Origin: Amoebidium appalachense
Lineage: Eukaryota; Protista; Ichthyosporea
DNA: 64,000 bases
Reading direction: 5' to 3'
Assembly: GCA_963693365.1 (NCBI GenBank)
Contig: CAVNZM010000005.1
Coordinates: 3,306,202 to 3,370,201, forward strand
Part shown: in pieces, positions 1 to 27,559 of the stretch
Position numbering within the stretch: the first letter of the stretch is position 1
Layout: every line of letters begins with the position of its first letter
Program-made: the position numbers and the translations under genes
The notes under the pieces: generated by a model
Databases searched by the model: none
What the model was told of the DNA's origin: nothing
Seen by the model: only the letters and a program-made list of their open reading frames with translations

Positions 1-60
1 CACGCACACACACACAATCACACGCACACACACACATACACATGCACGCACACACGCACG

Positions 61-137
<77 letters not shown>

Positions 138-290
138 ACACTTACACACAGACCCCTACACACATACACACACACACACACACATACATATGTACGCAAG
201 AGCGAATACACACAGGCAGGCACACGCGCACACACACATACAGAGCAGCACTCACATACACACACACACCAACTGTTACACTCACACCCG
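1..290. repeat. (CA)n microsatellite, imperfect
   Basis: Long CA runs with interruptions; one of dozens in the window. Confidence 0.95.
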
Positions 291-1161
291 TCACAACATC
301 TCACATTATGCATGGTAAACTTGCACACCCTGACGAGAACACTTTGCATGAACGCAAAAGCGACCACCCGCAGTAACAGACACAATCCCTCCGCATCGCT
401 GCAAATCCCCCCCCCCCCCCCCCCCCACCGCACCCCCTTTCACCCCTCTCCCTCCCCTCCACCCCCTCCCCCCCCCTGCCCCCCCCCCCCCCCCCCCCCC
501 CCCGCCACCACCACCACCACCACCCGGACACACACGTGCTGCCAAACCACCACACAAACACCAATAACTGCCCACCCCCCGTCACCCGGCTGTTCCCCCC
601 GTGCCCCAACCCCCGGGGGGAAGGGGCCCTGGGGGAGGGGGGGAGGGGGGGGGGGGGGGGGGGGGTGGGGGAGTGGGGGGAGTGGGGAAGTTCTTGACCG
701 ACATAGACCCATAGGTTAAGGGAATCATAAGTCGCATCACATACAGTCCTGAAGCACAGTAAGTGATCTTATTCCACCACAATAAAGCAATACATCGATA
801 AAAATATGGTTTTATGTGTGTCTGGGCCCTTTGTAAATGTGGGGGCACCATACCCCACCATCGGGCCTGTTGGCCACATTGTCACTCGGGGTCGAATCGT
901 TCCCTGATTCACGTCATCACATCATATTTTGTCCAGTCAGGTGCAAGGGGAACTCTTTCATAGTTAGTGACCATAATTGAACGCCGGCTCGACCTCCATT
1001 GCCGAAATAGGAGGTAGACGGAAGGGTTTGGAAGATAGAATGGGAAGGACGGGAGCTCGAGGGGGGGAAGGGGGGAGGGGGGAGGGGGGGGGGGGGGGGG
1101 GCAGGGAGGGAAGGGGTGGGAGGGGGGAAGAAGAAAAGATGGTGTGCGTTGTTCAACGGTG

Positions 1162-1192
<31 letters not shown>

Positions 1193-3286
1193 GGGGGTGG
1201 GGGTGGGTGGGTGGGGGGGGGGGTGGAGGCAAAAGGGGAACAGATTTTTGCACTGGGGGGAAAGACGACATCCGTACACAGTGAACACTATCATGTCCAA
1301 TATATCGTTTTGCAGAAGAGACGTACTGTGATTAGAAAGGCTGAACGGGGGGGGATGTTGTAATACGTAGTATTTACATATGGTAAGATCTTCTCAGTTT
1401 GTGTTATGTTTCAGTTCATATGCTTAGTGTAAATGCCACACTCCTATTATGTAAAGTGTAGCATCGATCTCCGATATGCTTGTATACTTGTAATCGTGTT
1501 GTATCGGCTCTAATCGTGTATTGTGATATCGATTAGAATACTTATATGTGTGTACACGGATCCACCCACTCAGGGAGAGACGTGTACATGTTCGTGTGTA
1601 CATAAATATCTCTGGTTATAGTTATTCTATTACTATCTTGTTTGTTGATCTGTGCTCTCTTTTCCTTTCTCTTTCTCCTTCCTTATTTTCTTTTCTTTCT
1701 CTCCTTGTCTTCATGTGTATAATCGTATTTCTTTTCTACTAATATATGTTAGGTAGATTTGTGTTACTTAATACGTGTTCATTGGACGGTAACACACTAA
1801 GTAGGCTACACTTAGAATAGCATGTGTGTTTAGACTTCATTAATTCATTTTAGTTTTCATGTGTTGCCGGGTTTTAACCAATCATCAAGGTTAAGTGTGA
1901 TATGTCTGAGTCTTTGCAGTATGTCATAGGTTAGAACTTCCTTGATGATGACACGAGTTGATCTTAACTAGTGTCTGTGTCCTATCGTGTACGTCTCCGC
2001 GTACCGGATCTCTCTGAAAGCAATTGGTTCTTAGTGATTGGTTTCTATTAGAGATAGATCTGATTTCCGACTGGTCGGAAATCATGTATGGATTGGACTT
2101 AGAGGAATTTCAGGTATTTATTCGAAGATCAGAATAAATTCAGTTTAGTCGTGTCTAAACATTGATGTCTGTTGTGTACACTGCTCCGATCGTTCCGTGT
2201 TTTGTTGTTGTGTGTGTCTGTGGTGTTTTTACACTGCACCACTGTGTCTCTGCTTTCATCCCAAATACTGATATAATTTAACAGGGGAAGGGGGCGGGGG
2301 GGGGGGGGGGGGGGGGGGTGGAAGGGGCGGGGGAGGGGGGGGGGGGGGGGGGGGGGGATAAATTACTGACCAATGGGCCCAACAAGAGACGTGGTAAGAG
2401 GTGAGGGAGAAGGGGGGGGGGGGGGGGGGAAGGGAAGAGGGGAGGGAGGGTGGGTGGATGGGTGGATGGGTGGGGGGGGAGAGGGGGTGGCTTTCTATTC
2501 TGAGGCTGGATAGCCGGATATCATATTTGCAATGGGGAATAGGCTCTGATAAAGCATTGTTGGGTATATATGAGGATGCTGGGAGGAAAGAGGCGGTTTC
2601 TGTGGGGGGCAGGGGTGGGGGTGTGTACTAGTGTTGGGGGGGAGGGGGCTAAAAAGGGGGGACGCGCGTTTGGGGGGGGGGGGAGGGGGGGGGGAGGGAA
2701 GGGGGGGAAGGGAGGGGCTTCTGCGGTATGAAAGACAGAAGAGGGAGCACGTATGAGATTCATTGAGAGTGTAGAGGGAGAGGAAGAAGAGGGGGGAGGG
2801 GGTGTGTTAGATTTTGGGTATTGTTAGCAGAATGCAAGGGGAATGAAAACGGGCAGGGGAAAGGCCACGAAAGGGCGGGCAACCCTTTATTTATTTATTT
2901 AGTTATTTATTTATTTTGGGCGATAAGGAGCTTGTAGCTATAAGAGAAGAGGCATCGTGTGTCTCTGTGAGGGGGGGGGGGGGGGGGGGGGGGGGGAGGG
3001 GGGAAAGTGGTGTGGTTGTGGTGGTGATGGGGGAGTAACAAATGTGGAACCTTGCAATGAGAGAGGAAAAAGGGGAGGGGGAGGTTGGGGGGGGGGGGGG
3101 GAGGTGCCCCGCACTTGTGCACTTGTAAGGAGGGAAAAGGAAAGAGAGAAAACAGGGAGTGAAGGTAGGATGTGGGAGGTAGGAAGGGGAGGGGGCTCAA
3201 GAGTTCATGCACACATCAGACACACTGGCACATGCACCCACTATATAACGGGGAAATCGGGTGTGTGTGTGAGTGTGCATGTTTGT

Positions 3287-3328
<42 letters not shown>

Positions 3329-4419
3329 AACCTTTTTCCAATGTGGATAGGCATACTTCCTATACGGTTGAGGATAGGAGTGTTGGTTCACAAAGGACAT
3401 TATAGAAGGGGGCAGGGAGAAACATAGTGCGAAAGGTTCCCTAATAACGCATTGGTTAGGAACGAGAGGGATTGGGAGGGGCGGCCTTTTGAAAAAGCTT
3501 CTGGAGTCCACCGGTGGATGAGGGTAAGGGGGGAGGGAGGAGGGCCGGGGGGGGGGGGGGGGGGGCGGGGAGTGGCTGGGGGGGAAGGGATGGGAAGGAT
3601 GGGATGGAGGGGGAGGAGGGGTGCGGGGGGGGGGGGGGGGGGGGGGAGGGAGGGGGGGAAGTAGGAGGTGGTGATAGTATCTGAGGTGGGGTTATTTGGA
3701 TGATTTGCTTTCCAAAGGGCACAATCTATCTAGATGTAAGATGCACCACTCGTGGATCGCAGAATAGACCTCCGGTTAGTCTTGCTAGCGATAGTCCATA
3801 TATAATAATTTTGGAGGGGTTAAGCATATCACAGTCTGAGTGAGACTTTCGTTTCTTTACCTAATTTAGGCTACACGTTGGATCTAACCAATCAAACACT
3901 ACTCATATTTGGGGAATGTGAGTCGATGCCCCCCCTCTCTCCTTCCCCCCCCCCCTCTCCCCCCCCCCCCCCCCCCCCCCCCCCCTCTCTCTCTCTCTCT
4001 TCCTCCCTCCCCCCCCCCCTTCCCCCCTTCCCTCCCCCTACCCCCCTACCTCCCACCCCTCCCACCCCTACCCTGCCGTTATATGCCTATAGAGCACTGC
4101 CAAACCCACCATATTTTACTACTTTGACGGTTCACATACAACTGTTTCCTCATTGTTTTGATACCACGTAGGGGATATCACGGACGGGTGGGTGGAAAGG
4201 GTGTATGTGGGGGGAAGGGGGGGGGGGGGGGGGGGAGGATGTTTTTTTCTTTTTTCTTTTTTCTTTTCTTTTTTTTTTTTTTTTTTTGGAGGGGGGGAGG
4301 GGGTCTGGTTAGGTTTTGACGGGTGGTTGTACAGGTTGTGGTATGTGTGTTGGTGTGTGAGTGTGTCTGAGGACCGGGGACATAGGAAAAAGTGAGTGTT
4401 GATAATAGTTGGAGGAAAG

Positions 4420-4653
4420 GTGATCTTGGTCGGCCGGGATGGGGGGCTTATGCTGAAGGGAGGGAGGGAGGTGGGGGGGTGGGGGGGGGGGGTGATGGTG
4501 GCTTGTGCGAGGAAAATGTGTGCATGCACATGCATACATCAAGCATTATCCCCTTTTTGGTCTTGAATAGGGGATGGGGATGGGTGAGATTTGGGGAAGG
4601 TCAAAACTCGGTGTTGGGGTAGTTGTGATGGTGACCGTGGTGGTGGTGGTGGT

Positions 4654-4691
<38 letters not shown>

Positions 4692-4802
4692 GCCTCACTG
4701 CCAGAGACCCCTGCAGGGAACAAGAAAGGAAGGAGGCCCGTGCAGGATCGGAACCTGGCCAATTGTTGTTGGGGCGAGGGAGGGGGTGGGGTGGGGTGGG
4801 GT

Positions 4803-4837
<35 letters not shown>

Positions 4838-4868
4838 AGGGGGGAAGAAGAAATGGTCGGCAGATTTT

Positions 4869-4899
<31 letters not shown>

Positions 4900-5920
4900 G
4901 GGGGGGAGGAGGGGGGGGTAGGGAGGGGGGGAGGGATGGGGAAACGATAGGGGGGAAGGGGATTGGAAGCCGTCAACCATAAGGATAGTTGGTTGATTGT
5001 GATATGGTGAGGGATAGACGAGTATTGGCAAGATGGAGGGAGAAAGTGGGGATGGAGGATTGGGGGTAGGGTGGATGGGTGGGTCGAGGGTGATGTTGGG
5101 AAGGTGGGAAAGGGGGAAAGGTGGATCATAAAGTGGTTAGCCTGTGTCTATGAGTGTGTAGGGGACGGGGAGAGAGGGCGGTGGGGGGGAAGGAGAAGAG
5201 TGATGGGTGGGAGGTACAGGGGGGAGGTGGGGAGGGGGGGTGGTTAGCTGTGTGTGTGTGGGGGGGGGGGGGGGGGAGGGGGGGGGGGGGGAGTGTGGGC
5301 AGAAGGAGGTAATTTGCATGGGGGTGCATGCAGTGCGATGCACTACCTAGTAAGCAGGTGGTTAGTAGACATAGTGTCATATAGGAGCAATGTGAAAAGG
5401 GATAGAGTGAAAGTGTTGGGGGGAAGAGGGGCGGCGCTGGGGGGGGGGGGGGGGGGGGGGGGGTAGAATAAAGAGGAAATGAGGTCAAGGTGGTTCATTT
5501 GGCTATCGGAGAGATTGTGGTAGAAGGGTCTGATAGGGACTTGAAAAACCGCTAGCGAATAATGACCCTAACCCCCCCCACCCCCCCACCCACCCACCCA
5601 CCCACCCACCCTCCCTCCCCCTCCCAAACGGTGGTGGTGGTTGGCCGGGGTTGAGGCTTTATGCTGGGGGGGGGTGGGAGGGGGGGGGGAGAGAGAGAGG
5701 GGGGGGGGGGGGGGGGGGGGGGATGATGGCTTGCTCGAGAAAAATTAGTGCATGCGCATGCATACATCAAGCATGGTTCCCTTTTTGGCCTTTAATAGGA
5801 GATGTGTTAGATGTGGGGAAGGCCACCACTCGGTGTTGGGGGTACTTGTGATGATGGCGGGGGGTTGGAGGTGGGGGGGGGGGGGGGGGGGGGGGGGGGG
5901 GAGAAGAAAGGGTCGGCAGA
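4420..5920. repeat. Diverged direct duplication (about 4420-4865 vs about 5640-5920)
   Basis: Both copies share GGCTTG..CGAG.AAAAT..GTGCATGC.CATGCATACATCAAGCAT..TCCCTTTTTGG ... TGGGGAAGG.CA..ACTCGGTGTTGGGG ... GGTCGGCAGA. Confidence 0.8.
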
Positions 5921-6095
5921 TGTGGGGAAAGCAGAGGGAGGGGCCGGGAGGGGGAGAAGGGATGGTAGCTCTGGGGGAGGGGGGGGGGGGGGGGGGGGGG
6001 GAGGGGAGGAAGGGGGAAGCGATAAAATTTTCAACTGCTTGATATTTATTTCAAGATGAAGTCCTTTTTATACGCAGAGATGTGGAGCTGACAAA

Positions 6096-6181
6096 TGCTA
6101 AGCTAATCAAAAGAACGAAAACTATGAGGGCAAATATATCTGCTAAGCCAATCAAAAGAACGAAAACTATGAGGGCAAATA
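6096..6181. repeat. 45-bp tandem duplication
   Basis: TGCTAAGC(T/C)AATCAAAAGAACGAAAACTATGAGGGCAAATA at 6096 and 6141. Confidence 0.9.
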
Positions 6182-6838
6182 AATCGAAATACCTGTCGAC
6201 ACATAGAAGATAAATTGTAATCTTCTAATGAAAGCACGGAAACATTTACTAAAGCTAAATAAATGAAACCACATATATATCTATTAGTTCACATCATATA
6301 TTTATACATGTTTCTAACATAAACATATCTAAATATAAGTATTCCTAATAGCTGGGGAACATAGAGCAAATCTACGTCGTGGGAAAGGAAGGAAAAGGAA
6401 TGAGGATAGAAAGGGGTTTACGCTGTTTACTCGAGGCAAAGATAGAAAGGAATGGAATGGGAAAGGAATCGAGTGGAATGAAGGAGGAATGTAGGTTTCT
6501 ATATTTGGGGAAATTAAACGAGATCTGATTGGACAACTATCGGACACGAACGCATAATGTAAATTTAGTACAGACGCAAACGACATTACATGTACGTGGG
6601 CCAAGTGGCTCGGTGTGTACACAGATCAACGATATCTGTGCACACGGAAACGGGAAAGAAAGAAAGGGAAAAGGGAAAAGGAAACAAACAACAACAAACT
6701 AATAAACATATGTATAACTCAACTTCTAAGTTCTTGCCGTTATCCATGTGTAGATGACACCCCGCCCCCCTCCCCCCTGTGCACCCCTTCCTCCCCCCCC
6801 CCCCCCCACCAGCCCCCTCCCCCCCCCCCCCCCCCCCC

Positions 6839-6869
<31 letters not shown>

Positions 6870-7261
6870 TCATACATTGCAGTCAGCGCTTCGAGTAATT
6901 AATTGGACAAAGCTATCTATCGTGCTCACCATGTGACACGAGTACTACATATCATATAGCAAGTGTCTGTTTTTCTCATGGCTGTCTGTTTAGTGTACGT
7001 ACACACGTGTGAATGTGACACTCCGGTAAATTTTCGTGCGTTTTTATTTGCCCAAGGGTGTATGCGTGTGTTTACAGTGTTACCGTGTCTCAATGACAAT
7101 GTCAGTGTGTGCAACGGTTGTGTGTGTGTGGTACATGCATGTGTGCGTGTGTGGGTGGGTGTTTTAGTACGTAACCGGACCCCCTCAGATGATCAAAACC
7201 ATCGAAAAATAGAACAAGCCCCTAGGCTAGCTTCATGTAAATAGTACAGCCCGATCGTTGA

Positions 7262-7385
7262 GAGAGACAGAGAGAGAAGGGGGGGGGGGAGGGAGGGAGG
7301 GGGGGGGGGGGGGGGGGGGGGGAGGGAGGGAGGGAGGGAGGGAGGGAGGGAGGGAGGGAGGGAGGGAGGGAGGGAGGGAGGGAGG

Positions 7386-7426
<41 letters not shown>

Positions 7427-7657
7427 AGGGAGGGAGGGAGGGAGGGAGGGAGGGAGGGAGGGAGGGAGGGAGGGAGGGAGGGAGGGAGGGAGGGAGGGAG
7501 GGAGGGAGGCAGGGAGGGAGGGAGGGAGGGAGGGAGGGAGGGAGAGAGAGAGAGGGGGGGGGGGGGGGGGAGGGAGGGAGGGAGGGAGGGAGGGAGGGAG
7601 GGAGGGAGGGAGGGAGGGAGGGAGGGAGGGAGGGAGGGAGGGAGGGAGAGAGGGAGA
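7262..7657. repeat. (GGGA)n/(GA)n polypurine tract
   Basis: Directly visible tetranucleotide and dinucleotide arrays. Confidence 0.95.
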
Positions 7658-7733
7658 AATGGAAAGATAACGTGGTGCAGTGGTGGTGCCAGTATACTTT
7701 GGTCTGTAACAGTTAAAGTTGAGGGCTTAACCA

Positions 7734-8252
7734 CATCGGCTGAGTCAACTTGTTCCGAGCAGAATTGTTCTGCATAAAGCTGAATTATTCTGCTAATTTG
7801 GAACTATTCTGCAAAAAGCGGAATTATTCTGCAAAAAGCGGAAAATTCTGCAAAAAGCGGAATTATTTTGCAAAAGCAGAATCTATCTGCTAGAAGCAGA
7901 ATCAATCTGCTAGAAGCAGAATTAAACTGCCAGAAGCAGAATCATTCTGCTAAAAGCAGAATTGTTCTCAGTATGAGCGGAAATATTCTGCCAAAAGCGG
8001 AATTATTCTGCCAAAAGCAGAAATATTCTGCTATAAGCAAAATTATTCTTCTACAAGCAGAATTATTCTGCGGTCGTAATTCTGCTATGAAAAAGCAGAA
8101 TAATTCTACAAAAAGCAGAATAATTCTGCTAAAAGCAGAGTGATTCTTCTTTTGCCGAATAATTCTGCTTTTTGTAGAATAATTCTGCTAAAAGCAGAAT
8201 AATTCCGCTTTTGCAGAATAATTCTGCTTTTTGCAAGTTGACTCTGCCGATG
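7734..8252. mobile_element. Non-autonomous foldback/MITE-like DNA transposon (about 519 bp)
   Basis: 19-bp terminal inverted repeats CATCGGCTGAGTCAACTTG (7734-7752) and CAAGTTGACTCTGCCGATG (8234-8252) with 1 mismatch. The interior is made of ~20-bp near-palindromic units (AAAAGCAGAATTATTCTGC) that switch orientation near 8075. Flanks CCA/CCG may be a degenerate 3-bp TSD. Confidence 0.8.
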
Positions 8253-8387
8253 CCGTTGGGCCCTATATTGGATTGCTGACAATACCAAGAATTGCCAGTG
8301 CAAGTGTGTATACGTACTGTTGCGGTGATTGGAAACCGTTTGCAAGCCGAGGTACGGAGAGAAGTAAGGGTGGGTGGGTGGGTGGGA

Positions 8388-8432
<45 letters not shown>

Positions 8433-8802
8433 AGTGGGCAACCCGAGATGTTTAGTTAAGTGAATGTCGAAACACGTGTACACCCTCACGAAATCGATCC
8501 CGGGATTGAAGACATGCGTGCGGTGGGGGGGAGGAGGGGAGGAGAGGTACGGGTGAGGGAGGGGAGTGGGCGGCGGCATAATAGCTGGAAAGTGTGTGTG
8601 TGTGCACGTGTGTGTGTGTGTTTGAGGGGAGAGGGGGGGGGGGGGGGGGAAGAAGACGAGGGGGAGGGGGAAACCCCCCTGGGTGACCCCCCCCCCAGGA
8701 CCGGGATAACTATCCCCCCCCCCCCCCCCCTCCCCCATCTCTTAATACAAAACTGCTTTGCCTCCCCGTTTTGAAGTTCAAAAATGCTCATGTCGATCTG
8801 TG

Positions 8803-17680
<8,878 letters not shown>

Positions 17681-17789
17681 ACATCTCCCCTCCTTCCTTC
17701 CCCCCTTCCAACATACACACACTGACAGGCACACACACACACACAAACACACACATACACACACACAGAACCAGCATCACAGACACGTA

Positions 17790-18170
17790 CCAGCTGTGAC
17801 TCTCGCGATGGCGGAGGACTGTCCGCAATAGGCAATGGAATGTGGGTGCCGATATACATTCTGAGCGGCGTTAGGGTGTTCAATACTGTTGAATGTTTCC
17901 CCGTACCTCCCATAGACTGTGGGAAATAAGGGGCCCCACCGTCTGGGATGCATGACAGACCGGGGGTACTCCCCCCAGACAGGGGTACTCCCCCGAGGCC
18001 TTAGCCTCTTTTCAAGCTCTGTAGATGCACTTCTGTTAGAGACCCCCCACTTGGAGGGGTTCTCTGTGACAGATTTTCTCCTAATTTCGGCTAACTTAGA
18101 TTTGGTAGCTCTAGCTTTGTCTTTCTTATCTAGACCGTTAAGTGAGTAATGGGTGTATAAAATTATCCTG
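17790..18170 (-). pseudogene. Frameshifted coding remnant, possibly OTU-like deubiquitinase
   Basis: Minus strand reads ...KKDKARATKSKLAEIRRKSVTENPSKWGVSNRSASTELEKRLRPRGVP, then after shifts IPDG...SHSLWEVRGN. This loosely matches the OTU IP.DG.CLF.[AS] motif, but no catalytic Cys is visible. Confidence 0.25.
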
Positions 18171-18982
18171 TAAATCCGGTGTATATATAGCTTGGGGCGT
18201 CTGCGGCACCCCTCGTCTAGGGTGTGGCCGTGCTGGAAAACGTAGTATCATGCCACACATGCACACGAGGGGCTGTGCTCCCACCGTGACGGTCTCCCAA
18301 AATATGGACCGTGTAAACCATGACAGAACGATTATCCTACCACGATAGCACTGGCATATATCCACACGTTCGGGTGAACGGGGGCACACGTATTTGTTGC
18401 CTTTTGTGTTTGATAAAAATGGGGTGTCACAGTGTGTGCAGTGTGTTTGTGTTTTGAGTCGGCTTCGTTGGTTGATTGGTGTGTGAGAGACGCGTCCGTG
18501 CAGAACGACCCCCCCCCCCCCCCCCCCCCCCCTTCTCCCCTTCAAACACAGACACACTATTTAATTGCGCAAAAGAAAGTGTCTGTGACTGTAAACTTAG
18601 ATGGCCGAGTCCATGATACAGATGCCGTACGCCAGTAAGGCCACCCCCCCACCCCCCACCCCCCTCCCCTCCCCCAAATTGTGTATATGGAGGGCGTGGA
18701 ATGGCGGGGAAGGGGAGGGGGGGAGGGGGCTTTGTTCTTTCGATTTTCCCATGCATGCTTATGCATGATCCAGCATTATCTATTAATCCTTCCAGATAGC
18801 CAACGGTATCTGTAAACGCCACACACAGTGGTGCATGCACTAAATTTCAGAAATCTTCTCCCGATTGGCCGAAAGTAGTTTCTTGGATGTCCTATTTCGG
18901 TCCAGCCGAAAGGAATCAGTGCAAAGTCTGAAAAATAGAATACGGACAAACACACCAGTCATCGAAGTGGGAAAGCTTCAAT

Positions 18983-19036
<54 letters not shown>

Positions 19037-19346
19037 CCCCCTCTTCTTTTCAACCCATAATTCGAAGAAAACGTAAACCTCTACCCATGTTGACAGACCT
19101 TCTCTCTGACTCTCACGCCCTCGTTAATTACTAATACTTAGGTTCAAAAATTCCTATGTTGTGGGTTGGCGGGAAAAAAAAACGATGCAAGCGATACTGT
19201 AACAACGACATCATAACGTGCGCACACTAGTACTTGGCAAGGGGATTGCAGGACGGGTGTCGTGAAATCAAGGGGAGCCTCATATACCACAAGAGGCGGA
19301 AAGTGGGGAAGAAAATAAAAAACGAGAGCTTGAAAACGAAGAGTAG

Positions 19347-19380
<34 letters not shown>

Positions 19381-19676
19381 ATATGGCGTCCCCTTTCTCC
19401 GCCCCCGGCTTTCGAATTCTTCCCCGGCTTGCAAGGAGACTAAGAAAAAATAGAAGAGGAAGAAGAAAGGTGTAGTGCAGTGATGCCCCATAATTGAGAA
19501 CGGATGGGCTATGAGGAATAAGAATAGGAAACGGCATACGTATGTGCATGACTTAAGTTGGATCTGCCCAAGCTCTGGCCACTCTGTGCACACGGCATAG
19601 CGACATGCATATGGGTCACGCAGTGCACAGCCACAAACAGGAATCCCCCCATCCCCCCCCCCCCCCCGGCCCCCCG

Positions 19677-19713
<37 letters not shown>

Positions 19714-20894
19714 AGCGGGCACGAGAAAGCTTAAGGGATTATGTGTAGAGGAAATGTTCGTCTAAACTCTGAGGGGAGATGAGAGGAGGCATTGTGAGAT
19801 CTAGACTCTAGAGCTGAGGAGATGAAATGAGCTCGAGAAAGTGTGAGATCTCGACTCTAAAGGGAAGAACGATGAGAGGATGCAGTGTACATGTGAGAAC
19901 TAGGCTGAGGGAAAATCAGAGGTGAAGTGCCGCGTATGGTGTGTGTAGTCTCTATGACACGTCTTGTATGTTGCTTCATGTGCACATGACTTTGAGTATC
20001 TTCGTGATTTCAAGGAATCAAGCCATACAACGCCTGGTTTGGCAAGACATATATGTATGTCGATGGTAGTCCGGGACCCGGGGAGTCGGACTCGGCGGGG
20101 ACTCGGGAGTCCGATCTCACTCCGTCGACAAAGCACGCGCTCCGCGTGCCGATGTGCTCTGATAACCCCAGCGGTGACATAAATACATGATTCGTTCCAC
20201 CCAGTCGTCGGAATGAGTAAGTGCATTTGGGTACGGAATAAACACTGAAAAATTTATTAAATATTAGAATTGTATGTTTATTAGGTGAAAATAAATGCTT
20301 CTTTTGATGATAAAAAGAGCATTTACTACAAACTAGATGATTTTGTTTGACTTAATCATGGTTTAACACTAAACTTAAAAGTTATAGAAGGCGTTTGATT
20401 CGCACAGGACGAACCATGAGATAACGGAAGATGGCGGTTTGACGAAATTTTTCTGAGTAATAACTGAGTCATAACCGTGGTGTCAGCGGCCCTAGATATA
20501 TTATTTCTTATAGCTAATGATGTAATATTAATTAATATATACTCTTTTTTCTCTTCTTCAGCGCATATTTCATGGAGGCAAGACCTATAACATGTGCTAT
20601 TCAGTAGACGATAGAACTGTACTCGATCAAGGGCGGATCATGATGTTATCATCTCTTGATGTTCGAATTCGGCCCGCATGCCGATGATCAGCACTGCACA
20701 CATGATGGATGAATGCATTTGAAGTTTGAGCACAACCGCGTTCCCGGGGTTTTACTCTATGCTTTGACGCTAAATTATAACCTGTTTTCATTCTAAATAA
20801 AGCATATAGGTTTCAACAGAGATATACTTAGTAAACTCTGCATACATAAGTGTGGTATGCACTGTCACACTGTGCACATACACTGCCCGATCAG

Positions 20895-21137
20895 TCAAAA
20901 AGGTGAGCAATCAAAGCGCAGGGGGTTGGTCTCCAGCCAAACTTTCAACCCTGGGGCTGGCGAGTGGCGCGATACTTTATAAACAACTACAAATTCAACC
21001 TGTATAGGCAAAGATTTATGATAATATCCAAGGAACACCAATTGCATTAAAACTATATTCAGTAATACAATCGCAATAAATGAAAAATAAAATACCCGTG
21101 TAGCATAATAGTATTCCTCAGGAGTGAGTTCAGGCAT
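20895..21137 (-). CDS. Small putative membrane protein (or first exon of one)
   Basis: ATG-initiated non-repetitive 80-aa ORF with hydrophobic stretch VFYFSFIAIVLLNIVLMQLVFLG; possible donor ATACAG/GTTGAA inside. Confidence 0.35.
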   Translation of the reverse strand: MPELTPEEYYYATRVFYFSFIAIVLLNIVLMQLVFLGYYHKSLPIQVEFVVVYKVSRHSPAPGLKVWLETNPLRFDCSPF

Positions 21138-21350
21138 TTTTATGACTTCATTTTTGCACGATCTTGTTATCTAAAAACCCCATTCTGCGGGTTTCACACC
21201 GCAAGCCACCTCAGGCCCACCTGGTCACAAAACGTGATCCTTGCGGTCCCGGGTGCTCAGTGGTGCCGTGGTGATCCGCTATCTATGTTCTATTGTTTAT
21301 TTCTGTAGGTATGTGCTTTCTACACTTGCCACGTAAACGTAAATGTACAG

Positions 21351-22199
21351 GAGTTCTGCGTTTAGAGTCAAGAGCGGAAAAGTAAAAGGGCTGTTAGAGT
21401 GTGGGGTTGTAGAGCTTAGACGGGGAGAGCAAATTCAAGCTATAAGCACAAACATTATGAAAACAACCGGTAAAAGGTGTTGCCAGATTTCAAATATATT
21501 CTCATGTTGTTGACACACACTCAGACCTCCAAAGCCGACCTTCGGCCCCTCAACGAGTGACCGTGTTTGTTACAACGACGTTTCTTGCTCGCAGGCTCTT
21601 TCTGACTAGTTTTCTTTGTTTGGTCCACAAAGTATTTGACCCTGCCAAGATCTCTCCCTCCGACGGAGATGGTTTCCGAAACAGTGCTGAACAGGTTGTG
21701 AGCACGAACAAAAGACCCAAGATGCACCACGTACACTAGCAACTGAACGCATAAAAACTCGAAATTTTTAACACGCATCCTGTCGGCGCAACTCATGAAC
21801 ATAGAGTATACTACAGCAGTACCAGCACACCCTCAATTGCCAAGGCAAACAACAGCAACCATGGTTGAGGCTGGTGCGGTGGTCCACTATCCAACTTTCC
21901 GCTTTGATTGTGCGGCCGAGACAGCAAGGAAGGACACTGCACAAAGACCCCCCTCACTGAATCTTACAAACTCGCCAGCATGCCGCAGCCGTTCGGAACC
22001 TCTCCATCCACACCAGTGTGAGGAGCTGAGGAGAATACGTGCACGATTTCTTGATCTGCGAAAACAACTGCAGGGGGACTCCACCCTGTATGCTGAAGGA
22101 TCGGGCGGCCAGAGGGCGAAAGCCATGGCGGTGATAAAAAGACTAAGTAAGGGCAGTGTGTCGGATGATACTTCGAGCCCTGGGTCTAGCTCACCATAG
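21351..22199 (+). CDS. Hypothetical multi-exon gene with short introns (start not located)
   Basis: Exon-like segments 21351-21469 (SSAFRVKSGKVKGLLECGVVELRRGEQIQAISTNIMKTT), 21525-~21730, and terminal ~21808-22199 (…EELRRIRARFLDLRKQLQ…SSP*). Region is microsatellite-free with AG/GT boundaries. Confidence 0.5.
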
Positions 22200-22599
22200 A
22201 GTTTTTTTTGAGTGGCATGGTACCGACTTGGAAATACCACGTGAAAGAGCGAGTGTATGAATTATCGAGGATGTGTGCATGTAACAAAAGGGAAAAGACA
22301 GAAAAAAAAGAGGCTGGATTTCGCCCTTGTTCATATATTCTCCACCACCTGCCATGGTAGTAGGGTGAACATACTTAGTATTATACACGTTGAGGAAACG
22401 GTAACAGAAACCCACTTGTAGATTTAGTTTTCTGATTGGATCTTGTGAACCCTGTTTGTCCAAAGGACGAAATGTGTCGAAAGTCCGATGTATATATAGG
22501 GATGGTTTCGTGTGTTTTCGAACAGGATTGTTTTGTTTTTTTTCCAGGTGTGACGCTATCCTCAGTCTTCTCAGCTTTGAGTAGTTTCAGTCTATTCTT

Positions 22600-27559
<4,960 letters not shown>

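Noticed and set aside
690-3900. Possible highly decayed minus-strand LINE (CLTPPKLL…GLSLA near 3830-3780; LFRQWRS near 1000)
   Set aside because: Only a few residues resemble the RT ORF C-terminus, there are many stops, and no RT core motif; not supportable by eye.
20075-20125. GC-rich hairpin (GGAGTCGGACTC…GAGTCCGATCTCACTCC) as Helitron end or ncRNA
   Set aside because: No CTRR terminus at the expected distance and no tRNA or snRNA features.
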